Assembly: GCA_963762565.1 (NCBI GenBank)
Contig: CAVXLD010000005.1
Coordinates: 224,001 to 288,000, forward strand
Source of the DNA: an uncultured Verrucomicrobiae bacterium
GTDB lineage: Bacteria > Verrucomicrobiota > Verrucomicrobiia > Chthoniobacterales > JAFAMB01
Length of the DNA: 64,000 nucleotides
Reading direction: 5' to 3'
Every line of letters begins with the position of its first letter. Position 1 is the stretch's first letter. The notes beneath the pieces were generated by a model. That model saw nothing but the letters and a program-made list of their open reading frames with translations, was not told the DNA's origin and ran no database searches. The position numbers and the translations under genes were made by a program. Positions 51,301 to 60,624 of this stretch are shown here, one piece after another.

Positions 51301-54068
51301 CTAAGATTGACCGCCCGACAGGCCGTCATAGCGAGAAGATTCGCCTGCGTCGCATGCAAAGCAGCAGGCAAGACCCTGGTCAGCACATCCAGAGTCGCGA
51401 GGGATACTGGGTCGCTCATCAAGGGTAGATCAACAAGCTCCTCGATCGTACGGCTCCCAACGCTTATCCAGATCCGCTCGTATTCGCGTCGCGCTTCCTC
51501 TTCTGTCAGATGAGGCGACCAGTCGACGCCGAGATGCCGGAGGTAGTCGAGACAGGCGCCAACCGCGCGATCGGTCTGGTCAAGAGTCGTGTACAAATCG
51601 ATACGTAAGCACTCGACATTCGCTCGCTCCATAGCATTTGCCGCGTGGGATGAAAGCATCGTCAAGCGCTCTTCTGCAGCGGCCAGTTCACCAGTCAGGA
51701 ACTCGCATTCGGCTCGGTACAATTCCAAGGCGAAGGTGAGCTCACGGCGGCGCGCCCAAGAGTCGCTCGCTAACAGCGCTGTGCCGACGATGAGATATTT
51801 GAGCGCCGAGGCGTAAGCCGTAGAGGCCCTGGCGCGCTTGCCTGCCAAAAGGTTGAACTCGGCCAGCTGCTCACGTTCGTCTCGTGAGCTAATCAACAGG
51901 ACCCCGCGGTTGAGTTGATTAACGATCTCGAACACGGCCTCTTCAAGCCTCTCTGGGGGAGTGCGCGCCGTCAGCAGCCGCCCCATTCGCAGATGGGCCT
52001 CGGCGCGTAATTCTTGCGGGATCAGTGAATAGGCAGCTTCCTGGATGCGGTCGTGGACAAACTTATAGGAGCCATTCAGACGCACAACGAACTCCAGACG
52101 CAGAGCCTCCCACAAATCCGACTGAACTTCCTCTTCCGATGTCCCGTGAACGATGGAAAGCGTGGTGAGCTCGGCAATGTTTCCAAGACAGGCAAACTCC
52201 TTCAGTGTCTTCTGGGTTTCGACCGGCAGGCGGTTCAACTTCCCAACCATGAGGTCGACGACATTGTCGGTGTAGCCTTTCGCGTGAATCTGCATGAGGT
52301 CCCAAGACCATCGCCCCGAGCCATGGTCAAAGGTGAGCAGCCCCTCTTCGGCCAGCGCAGAAGTAAACTGGATCGCGAAAAACGGGTTGCCGCCCGTCTT
52401 TTCGTGCACTAGCAGCGCCAGCGGCGCTACGCGCTCCGGTGGGCAGTGGAGCGAATCGGCCATCAAGCCTTCGAGGTCTTCCTTGGTGAGCGGCGCCAGC
52501 GTGATCTTCTGTACGAGCGCGCCCGCTCCGTGGGTCGTTTCCAGCTTGCGCAGCAGCGGATGGGTGGCGTCGACCTCGTTGTCTCGGTATGCGCCGATCA
52601 ACAGCAAGTACTGCACATCCGGCTGGATCAGCAGATCCTCGATCAGATCGAGGGTGGCTGCATCGAGCCATTGCAGATCGTCGAGGAACAGCGCCAACGG
52701 ATGTTGCCGCCTTGCGAATACGCCAATGAAGCGCCGGAGCAATAGCTGGAAGCGGCGTTGTGCTTCCTGTGGTGGAAGTTCTGGGAGTGGAGGCTGCTCG
52801 CCGAGAATGAGCGCCAGTTCGGGGACCAGGTCCACCATGAGCCGTCCGTTCGGGCCCATCGCCTCCCTAAGGGCGTCGCGCCAATGGCTCAGCTCGGCGT
52901 CGCTCTTACTCAGAAGGGGACGGATTAGGCCCTGAAAGGCCTGAGCTAAAGTGGCATAGGGAATGTCACGCTTATACTGGTCGAACTTGCCCGACGCAAA
53001 GAGGCCGCGGGGCAGAACCAACACTTTTTGGAGCTCATTGACGACAGATGACTTGCCGATGCCAGAGTATCCCGAGACAAGCACCAACTCCGGCACGCCG
53101 CCGGCCACGATGCGGTCGAAGGCAGCAAGCAAGGTATCGATCTCGCGCCTTCGTCCGTACAATTTCTCGGGGATCAATAGCCGGTCGGGAGTGTCGTGCT
53201 CGCCCAGCGCGAATTCCTGAATTTGGTGGGGCGAGGCTCCTGCCGAGCCGTGCTCCCAATCTACGAGGCAACGTCGAAGATCACTCTCGACACCGGTCGC
53301 CGTCTGGTACCGTTCTTCCGCAGTCTTGGCCAGCAGTTTCATGATGATTGCAGAGACCGGGGCCGGGATCGCCTCAAACCGCTCGCTCGGCGGCACCGGC
53401 TTTCTCGCGATGTGGCAATGTACCCACTCCATCGGATCGGAAGCCATGAAGGGAAGACTTCCGGTCACCATTTCATAAAGCGTGACGCCGAGGGCATAAA
53501 GATCGCTCCGGCAGTCGACGCTGCGATTCATACGTCCAGTCTGCTCCGGCGCCATGTAAGCGAGCGTCCCCGCGAGAAACTCCGGAGGTTCGGCCGGCTG
53601 GCGCTCGCGTGGAAGCCTCGAAGCGATGCCAAACCCCCTTAGCCAACACTGGCCGGTTACGGGGTTCACGAGAACATTGGCCGGTTTGATGTCCTTGTGA
53701 ATAATGCCGCGCTCGTGCAAGTGGTCGATCGCGGCTGAAAGGCTCACAGCCATTCGCAAGAAAAGCACCAGGTCTAATGGACGCCCGAGCAATTCATCTA
53801 GAGGCACACCGCCTGGATCCTCCAACTCGAGGACCGTGCGGTCCGAGTGGCGCGCCACTGCGATCGGTCGGGCCGACCATGCGGGATCCAGCACTTCTTT
53901 AAGAGAGCATTCGTGCTCCAGCCGCTTCAGACTTTCAGGCGTGGGATGCTCCGCGACAGGCGAAAGTACAAGGATCCGAGACGCATCGCCCTGATTCCGC
54001 CCGCGATAAAGGATAAACTCTTCGTCCTTTCGCAGCGCCTCGAGGGAATATCTTGATAGCTCAATCAC
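48357..54068 (-). CDS. Trifunctional Ser/Thr kinase + AAA ATPase + GAF + PAS + histidine kinase
   Basis: HKDIKPAN, YMAPEQTGRMN, GYSGIGKS, DDLQW, GAF (LYLENN), PAS, AHEISQPL, DSGPG, GMGLAIS; start placed at GTG (VIELSRY), uncertain. Confidence 0.92.
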   Translation of the reverse strand: MIELSRYSLEALRKDEEFILYRGRNQGDASRILVLSPVAEHPTPESLKRLEHECSLKEVLDPAWSARPIAVARHSDRTVLELEDPGGVPLDELLGRPLDLVLFLRMAVSLSAAIDHLHERGIIHKDIKPANVLVNPVTGQCWLRGFGIASRLPRERQPAEPPEFLAGTLAYMAPEQTGRMNRSVDCRSDLYALGVTLYEMVTGSLPFMASDPMEWVHCHIARKPVPPSERFEAIPAPVSAIIMKLLAKTAEERYQTATGVESDLRRCLVDWEHGSAGASPHQIQEFALGEHDTPDRLLIPEKLYGRRREIDTLLAAFDRIVAGGVPELVLVSGYSGIGKSSVVNELQKVLVLPRGLFASGKFDQYKRDIPYATLAQAFQGLIRPLLSKSDAELSHWRDALREAMGPNGRLMVDLVPELALILGEQPPLPELPPQEAQRRFQLLLRRFIGVFARRQHPLALFLDDLQWLDAATLDLIEDLLIQPDVQYLLLIGAYRDNEVDATHPLLRKLETTHGAGALVQKITLAPLTKEDLEGLMADSLHCPPERVAPLALLVHEKTGGNPFFAIQFTSALAEEGLLTFDHGSGRWSWDLMQIHAKGYTDNVVDLMVGKLNRLPVETQKTLKEFACLGNIAELTTLSIVHGTSEEEVQSDLWEALRLEFVVRLNGSYKFVHDRIQEAAYSLIPQELRAEAHLRMGRLLTARTPPERLEEAVFEIVNQLNRGVLLISSRDEREQLAEFNLLAGKRARASTAYASALKYLIVGTALLASDSWARRRELTFALELYRAECEFLTGELAAAEERLTMLSSHAANAMERANVECLRIDLYTTLDQTDRAVGACLDYLRHLGVDWSPHLTEEEARREYERIWISVGSRTIEELVDLPLMSDPVSLATLDVLTRVLPAALHATQANLLAMTACRAVNLSLERGHGDGSCVAYVFFGKIAGPHFGDYKAGFRFGQLGYELVEKRGLERFQARTYHWFAQFVVPWTKHVSACRDLIRRAFEAANKVGDLTFAAYSGDNLNTNLLAAGDPLVEAQRQAEHALEFAQKARFGRVSDVITAQLGLIRTLRGLTSRFGSFDEGEFEECQFERHLASHPALALPECWYWIRKLQARFFAGDYASAVDASLKGQRLLWTSLSFFESAEYHFYSALARAALSDSETADSKGDLSSIALAKEEHLKVLAEHQQQLETWAENCPENFANRAALVSAEIARLEGRVLDAEQLYEQAIRSARDNGFVHNEAIANELAARFYVARGFERIANAYFHDARYGYLRWGADGKVQQLDELYPHLREEEPVPAPTSTIGASVEHLDLATVIKVSQTVSSEIVLEKLIDTLMRTAIEHAGAERGLLVLPDGEQYRIEAEIGPGACQVDVRLRQTPVSSSELPESLLRYVIRSQEKVILDDASTHTLFSEDEYLRQRHPKSVLCLPLLKQSKLISVLYLENNLAPRVFTPKRVAMLELLASQAAISLDHARLYSELSRANARLEREISERLRAEAAVRRSEAYLTEAEALSKSGSWALNPATKEVTHWSQERYRLFGFDPNAGIPPFEAILQRIHPEDRRKWLENTEDVIRAGRDSDLEFRVVLPDGEIKHLYGVGHPVFSESGDLVEIMGLGIDITERKRAEKELRQKEVSLREAQSNLAHVSRLTTMGELTASIAHEISQPLAAVVTNADASLRWLSGDSPDLVEAREAIRRITRDGKRAGEVISRMRSLFKKASTAKERLDINGVIEEAVILAQSEVKRNRVTLQTQFTSDLPLIMGDRIQLEQVILNLMLNAFEAMSAAGDGPRELLVSSQKINETRGEDRFGDKALAGAEWTHVLIAVRDSGPGLDPNNLDRLFDAFYTTKPQGLGMGLAISRSIVEAHGGRLSATADSSRGAVFQFTLPIRDESKPAKTDPPT

Positions 54069-54295
54069 ACGGGGGCCAGATGGCACAATGTACACAATTC
54101 TTCTTATGTTCAGCCAGCAAAACACAGTTTGTTGCTCCACCCGGCAAAAGAGCGGGCACGAGTTTGGGAACGGACGAGATTTCGCCCGCAAGACGAATCG
54201 CGAGGACGCCCGACAAAGGTTATGGCCGCGGAACGTCTTGTTCAGCTGCGCCAACACCTGATCAGGCTGCTTTCTGGCTTTGATTGATCAGGTTC

Positions 54296-54702
54296 CACGC
54301 CTTAATAAACAACTCATGTTACTTGCTAACGGGTTGTTGCCTGATTATCTCACAAGGTGCTTCGTTCTCGTCCTCGTCGTCGTCCTTCCGCCTTCGCCAA
54401 CGTCCCGGTTGTGGAGCGCGCCTCGCTTGCGAGGCCGACTTCCAGCGGTTGGCAACATAGACCATGGGCTTCGTCGGACAGGCTGTCCTCGAATCCGGCC
54501 ACGCGGAGTGATGGAGTGTTGGAGTACTGCGCCAAGTCCGAAAAGCACCCGCGTAGCGGGTTGGAGATGCAGCACCAAAGAAAAGGGGTCGCATCTAAAT
54601 CTTCAACACAGTCGAAAATGATGTATTTAAGGTTTAGACGTGACCCCTGTCGGGCGCCTTCTCTTTAAAGGCGCGAAGCGTTTACCCCGGAGCATTTCGG
54701 GT
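54296..54702. repeat. Cluster of nested repeats: family E shell interrupted by a ~314 bp composite
   Basis: Shell segments match 59150-59207 and, in inverted form, 59535-59582; the insert includes the homolog of 1647-1840. Confidence 0.75.
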
Positions 54703-54778
54703 CTGATAGATTATAGCCTAGGCCGGCAGTTGCCCATAGGCGTCAACATAACGAAATTGTATGACCGGCACCTGACGA

Positions 54779-54909
54779 GGGGAGGGCGCGCCTCCCCCGC
54801 GCGCCGGGAACGGGTCTATAATTGTGGACATAGCCTAACGCTGGATCGGGTCTGTCCGTGGGCTTCGAGAACAATCCGGCGGCTGCCGGACGGGGACGCG
54901 ATCCCTCCC
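54779..54909. repeat. REPIN-like doublet (family A variant)
   Basis: ggagggcgcgcctcccccgcgcgccg ... ggggacgcgatccctccc; shares aacaatccggcggctgccggacg with the 60493 copy. Confidence 0.85.
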
Positions 54910-55284
54910 GGTTCCGGCTCCCTTGGAGCGCTGCCTTGCTTGCGAGGCCGAGTCGGTCGGAGCCGTGTTAGCGGCAGTAGCAGGCAAAGCGCTTGCGGCA
55001 CCAAACACGATCGAGAAGAGTGCAGCGAGCGTTACAGTTTTGCTTCGACGCCATTGGGCGTTTTCGGTTGAATCGACCGGAGCTGTCCGATCCTCCATCT
55101 TGAGTAAGCTATCCATAGGGTTTTTTCCGATGCCCGGGCGTCTCAGCTGGAGGGAGAAATTTGCGTGCAAATCTCGTTGTTAGCCTGAGTAGCCGGGCAA
55201 AACCGTCTCGTGTATCATTGATTCGAATAGCGGGACAAGGTTTTTTCTTCTCAATCACCGAATAGCCCCAGAAAAGCGAAAGCC

Positions 55285-56418
55285 ATGAGCGGAGCGTCTG
55301 TCAGTATCAGGAACTTAGTGAAGACCTATCTAGACGCTCGCGGGAAGCCAACGTTCACCGCGGTCAAGGATATCAGCTTAGATATCGATGCCGGCGAATT
55401 CATGGTTCTGGTGGGGCCGTCCGGCTGTGGAAAATCGACGACACTACGGATGATCGCCGGACTCGAGCGTGTAACGAGCGGAACGATTTTGATTGATGGA
55501 AAAGTCGTCAACCACTTGGAGCCCAAGGATCGAGAAATCGCAATGGTTTTCCAGAGCTATGCACTCTACCCCCATTTCACTGTCTTCAAGAACATGGCGT
55601 ACGCGCTCACCCTGGTGAAGAGGACAAAAGAGTTTATTTCGGACATCGTCACACGGACCGCAAAAGCGCTCCAATTGAACCATGTGGTGGAGCGCAAGCC
55701 ACAATCGCTTTCCGGTGGTCAACGCCAACGAGTCGCGCTCGGCCGTGCCATTGTACGTGACCCCAAAGTATTTCTTTTTGATGAACCGTTATCGAACCTG
55801 GACACAAAATTGCGCGTCCAGACGCGGTCCGAGATCACGCAGTTACATGGAGAACTCGGCGCGACCGTGATCTACGTTACCCATGACCAGGTTGAAGCCA
55901 TGACCATGGGTGATCGCATCTGCGTCATGCGGGACGGTACAATTATGCAGGTAGCAGATCCGTTGACGCTTTATCTCTACCCGGACAATCTTTTCGTGGC
56001 TGGTTTCATCGGTAGTCCGCCAATGAATCTGTTGAAAGGCAAGGTTCAGCGGCGCGATGGTCGTCTTCATTTTGTCGAAAATGGAGAAAGGGATATTCTG
56101 GTGATTCCCTTTCACGGCTCCCTCCATAACTTGGCGAGCCGCTACATCGACAAAGAAATTATCTTTGGCATCCGGCCTGAAAACATCACGAATGAGCCAA
56201 AACCAGGGGCAGGGACACCGACCCCGATGACAGTTGCGATCGCTGAGCCAATGGGCGGGGAATCGTTGGTCTATTTCAAATCAGGGACCGGGAACTTACT
56301 GGCCCGGATCCGGGGCGAACATCTTTTTCAGTTGAATGAAGAAGTCGCCATCCAAATCAACGTGGACAAGGTGACCCTATTCGACCCTGATACAGAAAAG
56401 GCCATTCGCTATGAATAA
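55285..56418 (+). CDS. Sugar ABC transporter ATP-binding protein (UgpC/MalK-like)
   Basis: GPSGCGKS, FQSYALYPH, LSGGQRQR, FDEPLSNLD, FIGSPPMN. Confidence 0.95.
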   Translation: MSGASVSIRNLVKTYLDARGKPTFTAVKDISLDIDAGEFMVLVGPSGCGKSTTLRMIAGLERVTSGTILIDGKVVNHLEPKDREIAMVFQSYALYPHFTVFKNMAYALTLVKRTKEFISDIVTRTAKALQLNHVVERKPQSLSGGQRQRVALGRAIVRDPKVFLFDEPLSNLDTKLRVQTRSEITQLHGELGATVIYVTHDQVEAMTMGDRICVMRDGTIMQVADPLTLYLYPDNLFVAGFIGSPPMNLLKGKVQRRDGRLHFVENGERDILVIPFHGSLHNLASRYIDKEIIFGIRPENITNEPKPGAGTPTPMTVAIAEPMGGESLVYFKSGTGNLLARIRGEHLFQLNEEVAIQINVDKVTLFDPDTEKAIRYE

Positions 56419-56769
56419 TATTGTGACCTAACTCCTTCAGCTCAGTCTGGGCCTTAAAAGGGTTCGCGTCTAAATGATCTGTTGATCTATCGTGATCCAT
56501 CACCGAAACGGAGGGGAGCAGCATTCCGCGTTCTGTTGCCGCTGGCATCGTTCCATACACGGGCGCTCCGTGTTCCAACCGCGTGTTAGCTGCGGCTCCC
56601 TTGATCGTGTGACCAGACCACCAAACGTGCAACCTCAAGCGGCGTGGTACAATTCTCGGGGCGTCGCAGTTGTGGTACAGGACAAACGTTGCGCTCACTC
56701 TTAGGTCGCAGATGCGCTCGGCATGGCAACCCTGAATGCAACGCCCCTCCGTTCTCGGATCATTCCGCA

Positions 56770-57777
56770 CTACTCGTGGTAGGCAGATGCATTCTGGAAA
56801 GGATTGTAGAAGCCGCAGCTATTCCGGTCCGGGGCGTACGCAAATCCGTAGAGATCTTTTTTGATATCAACCGGTTCGAGGATGAGCCCCCTGTCCCGAA
56901 CCGCCTTGGTGTATTCGATCAGAACTCGGGCGGTCCCATTGATGCCCCACATCTTGAATCCCGTATCCAGAAATCCACCGGCAGGGAACACTTGTTCCAG
57001 CCCTTCCATTGCATGGAAACAATTGATGGCCACTAGATCCTTGCGGGTAAGGCGGTCATCGGCTTTATATTTGATAGTTCCTCCGTCGAGCAACAGCTTC
57101 CGTTTCACACCAAGATCAAACGCCTCTTTTTTGATCTCGTAGGGTCCCCACATGCCGACGGCGCCTTTCTCATTCAGCGCGATCGTCAGCGTCTCATCCA
57201 GCCTGAAATTTCTCCCGACGACGATAGGACATGTGTTCCAGGTCGGAAAGATGCGGCTGCCGAAGCCGCCGAAAACGCACACCGGTTTAATACCAAAATC
57301 GTGAGGCGCCCAGCTGATGGTAAATGCTTCAAATTCTCGGTTCTTGAATTGCCCTCGCCTGAGTCCCGGTATGAGCTTGGGCTGTTTTTCATCACCGAGC
57401 ACGCGTATCACGGATATGAACGAGTGCGAAAACTGCGCATGATTCCACCTTTTTTGGAATGCGAACGGAACAATAAAATAGCGGTCCTGGGTATTTACGC
57501 CCTTTCCCAATCGAGCTGCAACCTTGTCCTTGATGCGGTTGACGATCTGCTGGAATAACGGTGTATCATAGTTCGAGAAGTTGACATCCGGCTTTAGCCA
57601 TCCTGCGTGAACCGGAACGCACGGGCTCAAGAGGAAAGCGCAGGTTGCGATCCAACTAACAAGAGGTGTGATTCGCCGGCTGATTTTGCGTTGCGTTCCG
57701 CAGCCGATAGGAGGGAGCAGGCACGAGCCTCGGTTGTTCACGGTTTTATCGTAACAGCGCAAAGCCGTGCCGAACAA
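56770..57777 (-). CDS. Hypothetical, probably exported protein; start uncertain
   Basis: Long ORF with a signal-like segment (AFLLSPCVPVHA) and protein-like motifs SHSF, TISW, WGPYEI, NCFHA. Confidence 0.7.
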   Translation of the reverse strand: MFGTALRCYDKTVNNRGSCLLPPIGCGTQRKISRRITPLVSWIATCAFLLSPCVPVHAGWLKPDVNFSNYDTPLFQQIVNRIKDKVAARLGKGVNTQDRYFIVPFAFQKRWNHAQFSHSFISVIRVLGDEKQPKLIPGLRRGQFKNREFEAFTISWAPHDFGIKPVCVFGGFGSRIFPTWNTCPIVVGRNFRLDETLTIALNEKGAVGMWGPYEIKKEAFDLGVKRKLLLDGGTIKYKADDRLTRKDLVAINCFHAMEGLEQVFPAGGFLDTGFKMWGINGTARVLIEYTKAVRDRGLILEPVDIKKDLYGFAYAPDRNSCGFYNPFQNASAYHE

Positions 57778-57908
57778 CTTACAAACACGACCGGTGAGTC
57801 GTTCCTTCAGGCGCCGTGAAGTGTCTTACGGAGCATGCTCATTCTGGTTCCGCCACTATTGCGGAATGATCATGCTATATGTCAATCACTCGATTCCCCC
57901 TACCGACC

Positions 57909-57957
57909 CAAACGCCAAACGCCAAACGCCAAACGCCGAACGCCAAACGCCAAACGC
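57909..57957. repeat. Heptamer tandem array CAAACGC x7 (one unit CGAACGC)
   Basis: Read directly; abuts the stop codon of the hydrolase. Confidence 0.95.
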
Positions 57958-59024
57958 TATCCGCCGAGACGCTTTGAAAAAAAAGCAGCAATGAATTTGC
58001 TTGCCTCTTTCGACTCGGGTAGATCTGGATTGTGCCAGAAAGCGTGAGGCAACGCTTCAAAAACGATTAGCTGTGCGTCAACGCCTGCTCGAAGAAAGGC
58101 TCGGTGCAGAATGCTGGTCGCGCTGAGTACAACGTCGCGAGTACTGGTTATGAATAAACTCGGCGGAAATCCTCTGAGGTTAGAGTACAGCGGTGATAAG
58201 ACCGGATCTTTTGGATCGGCGGAGCCAATATAATCGGTGTCTAGATCATTCAGCCCCGCTGGGTCGATCGGCTCGGATAGACCTTTCAGATCAAAGAGGG
58301 CCTCAGAATCTCCCGCCATGCTAGCGTCGCCGCCGGCAGCAAAAATGCCGAGCGCACCGGGCAATGGCAATTTTAGCTTTCGCAGCTGAGCCGCTACTTC
58401 TGCGGTCAATGCCGCACCGGCCGAAGTGCCGTAGATGCCGACCTTTCCGGGTTGGTAAGTCTTTATCAGCTCTTTATAAACCGCGACGGCATCGTCGATC
58501 GCTGCTGGGAATTTATTGTCCGGTAACAGCCGATAGAGAACAGAGACAACCTTGATACCTGACAGGTTGGCGATCGGGACCGATTCGGACAACGAGCCGG
58601 CATCGAATCGGAAACCGCCGCCATGCAGATTGATTAAAACCTTAGAAGCATTCTCCGGAGCGATGGTAAATGGAGTTACTGCGCGTACGGGAACACCCGC
58701 AATTGTGTCGGTCTTGGTGTTGGCCGGGTAAAGGTTCAGTGCCTCAGTGCCCATTGCAGTCGCCCATTTCTCCATCGCTTCCCGACGCTGTTGGAAAGTC
58801 GCCTGAGAACCGGAAGCAACTTTGCTGTTTTTCAACTCCTCCTGCGCCGCCAGGCTGATGGTCTTTGGAACCGGAACCACACGCGTTACTGTAACCGTTC
58901 CATCGGCGGCGATGGCAACGGTAGGAGTCGCAGCCGGTTGAGCATTCTGGGAGTAGATGGGCGAGGCCGACAGCAGCAAGGCAACGAGGAGCGGAAGACG
59001 GCGGAGATGCGGGTGCATGCTCAC
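57957..59024 (-). CDS. Secreted HSL-family esterase (alpha/beta hydrolase)
   Basis: HGGG, GTSAG, D..LSP and PHAF motifs; signal peptide. Confidence 0.9.
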   Translation of the reverse strand: MSMHPHLRRLPLLVALLLSASPIYSQNAQPAATPTVAIAADGTVTVTRVVPVPKTISLAAQEELKNSKVASGSQATFQQRREAMEKWATAMGTEALNLYPANTKTDTIAGVPVRAVTPFTIAPENASKVLINLHGGGFRFDAGSLSESVPIANLSGIKVVSVLYRLLPDNKFPAAIDDAVAVYKELIKTYQPGKVGIYGTSAGAALTAEVAAQLRKLKLPLPGALGIFAAGGDASMAGDSEALFDLKGLSEPIDPAGLNDLDTDYIGSADPKDPVLSPLYSNLRGFPPSLFITSTRDVVLSATSILHRAFLRAGVDAQLIVFEALPHAFWHNPDLPESKEASKFIAAFFSKRLGG

Positions 59025-59235
59025 ACTAGAAACACAAATTTGACCTCTACAAATGTAATCTCAGGGGCTGACTTTCACACTCTATTTACTAAGCGTTTAC
59101 GATTCAGTCAGGTCCATTCGTAACGAGGAATAAGAGTGTTGTTGACCAGGGGGCTGTTGCCCAATTATCTCAGAAGGCGCGAAGCGTTTATCCCGGAGCA
59201 TTTCGGGGCGAACGAGCGAAAAGGGCGACAAGCAT

Positions 59236-59511
59236 CCGGAGGGGAGCCGCTTTGGTGCGTGTCTAAAAATCACGGCAAATTTGCTCTGTCATGAGCGCGG
59301 CTGAGAAGTGTGCTAAACAGGCGGCTCCCGCGAATAGCCCAGCGCTGTGCAATTTTACCGCTCGCGCAGAACACGAATCAATGACGCGGTGGGTGGAACA
59401 TCGCGCTGGCTAATTCCCGGGAGCCGCCTGCTTTTACGCTTTCAGGTCAGGCTCGAAAAACAACGAACACCACGAGGTCGTAAGGCGAGCACCAAAGCGG
59501 CTCCCCTCCGG
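59236..59511. repeat. Large two-layer palindrome within family E shell segments
   Basis: ccggaggggagccgctttggtgc / gcaccaaagcggctcccctccgg; inner caggcggctcccg / cgggagccgcctg. Confidence 0.85.
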
Positions 59512-59618
59512 GCGCTCCGCGCCTCCATAAACAATTAGGCGCAGCCCGTTAACAAGTAACCCGAGTTGTTTATTAAGGCGTGATCCTGGTAGATGCCGGT
59601 AAATTTATCTACCGACCG

Positions 59619-60374
59619 CTACAGGCCACAGTGACCCCAGTAGCGGTGGATCTTCAGAGCACCAATTAAACGCCTGCACTCTTCTAATGCTTCGGCGGTC
59701 GCATGATAATGGTTGGCGAGCTCAAACACCCGCATGGATGATGCCGTCGTCTCCGGGCCGTTTAGGGATTCGCTCTCTGGAATACTTTCGGTGGGATCTT
59801 CTATTTCGCTCAATGCACCATTGAGGCTGGGGATATCTCGCCGGCAATCACCTCGACGAAAGCATTCGGCAAAAGCGTCCAGCATCTGCTGAAACTCTGC
59901 CTCCAGCCACTCGAAGCGCGGTCTTAGAACTGCTTGCCCGCTTTCCGGCAAGGTCTGTCTGCCAGAAACTAGCATTGTTGAGCGGGTCACCAAGGTTTGC
60001 AGTGCTCTAACGAACGCACCAAGCCTGGCCTTCTCCTGTGGTGTACACCCGGCAATGCGAATCTGACGGCTTGCCCTAAGAGCCTCTGCCGGCAGAATGG
60101 CCAGTTGGTTGTGAATTTTTTCTTGATACCGCCCTCTGTTTAGCAACGCTTTAATTTCCTCAAATACTGCCAGCAAGTTATCTCGCATTACCATTTGAGG
60201 CAGGACCGGCCAGAACAGTCTTCCCACAACGGTTGCTATCGCAATACCGGTCATGAACCCGACGAAAGTATCAATCATCGTTCCCGTCGGTACCGGCTGT
60301 TGTGGGTTAAGTCCGACAAAGGAGTAGATGCAAGGAGACCCATTGCCGGAAACATCAGGATTGCGCGCAGATAG
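59619..60374 (-). pseudogene. 5'-truncated FUSC paralog
   Basis: FVGLNPQQPV..IDTF.G.MTG..LFWPVLPQ..RDNLL..CFRRGDCRR..RYWG aligns to the C-terminal third of 21050..23296. Confidence 0.82.
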
Positions 60375-60492
60375 AGTGTTTTGCTGACTAATTTTAAATC
60401 CCTCATGCCCTTAGTTACGGGCAAAACGGAGGTAAACCATAATAGGATGTTATGATTACATATCACGATTTATGATAGCCCGAGGGGCCGCC

Positions 60493-60624
60493 GGGAGGGC
60501 GCGCGTCCTCGCGCGCCGCGAGAACGTGCCACGACCCAAAGGCGTGATTTTCGTTTGCGGTCATAACCCATCCTCGGCTTCGGTAACAATCCGGCGGCTG
60601 CCGGACGAGGACGCGGTCCCTCCC
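60493..60624. repeat. REPIN-like doublet (family A)
   Basis: Arms and spacer are homologous to the 1083, 2930 and 5662 copies. Confidence 0.88.

Noticed and set aside
56357..56770. 137 aa minus-strand ORF
   Set aside because: Overlaps the ATPase 3' end and has no recognisable family; may be a remnant but is unsupported
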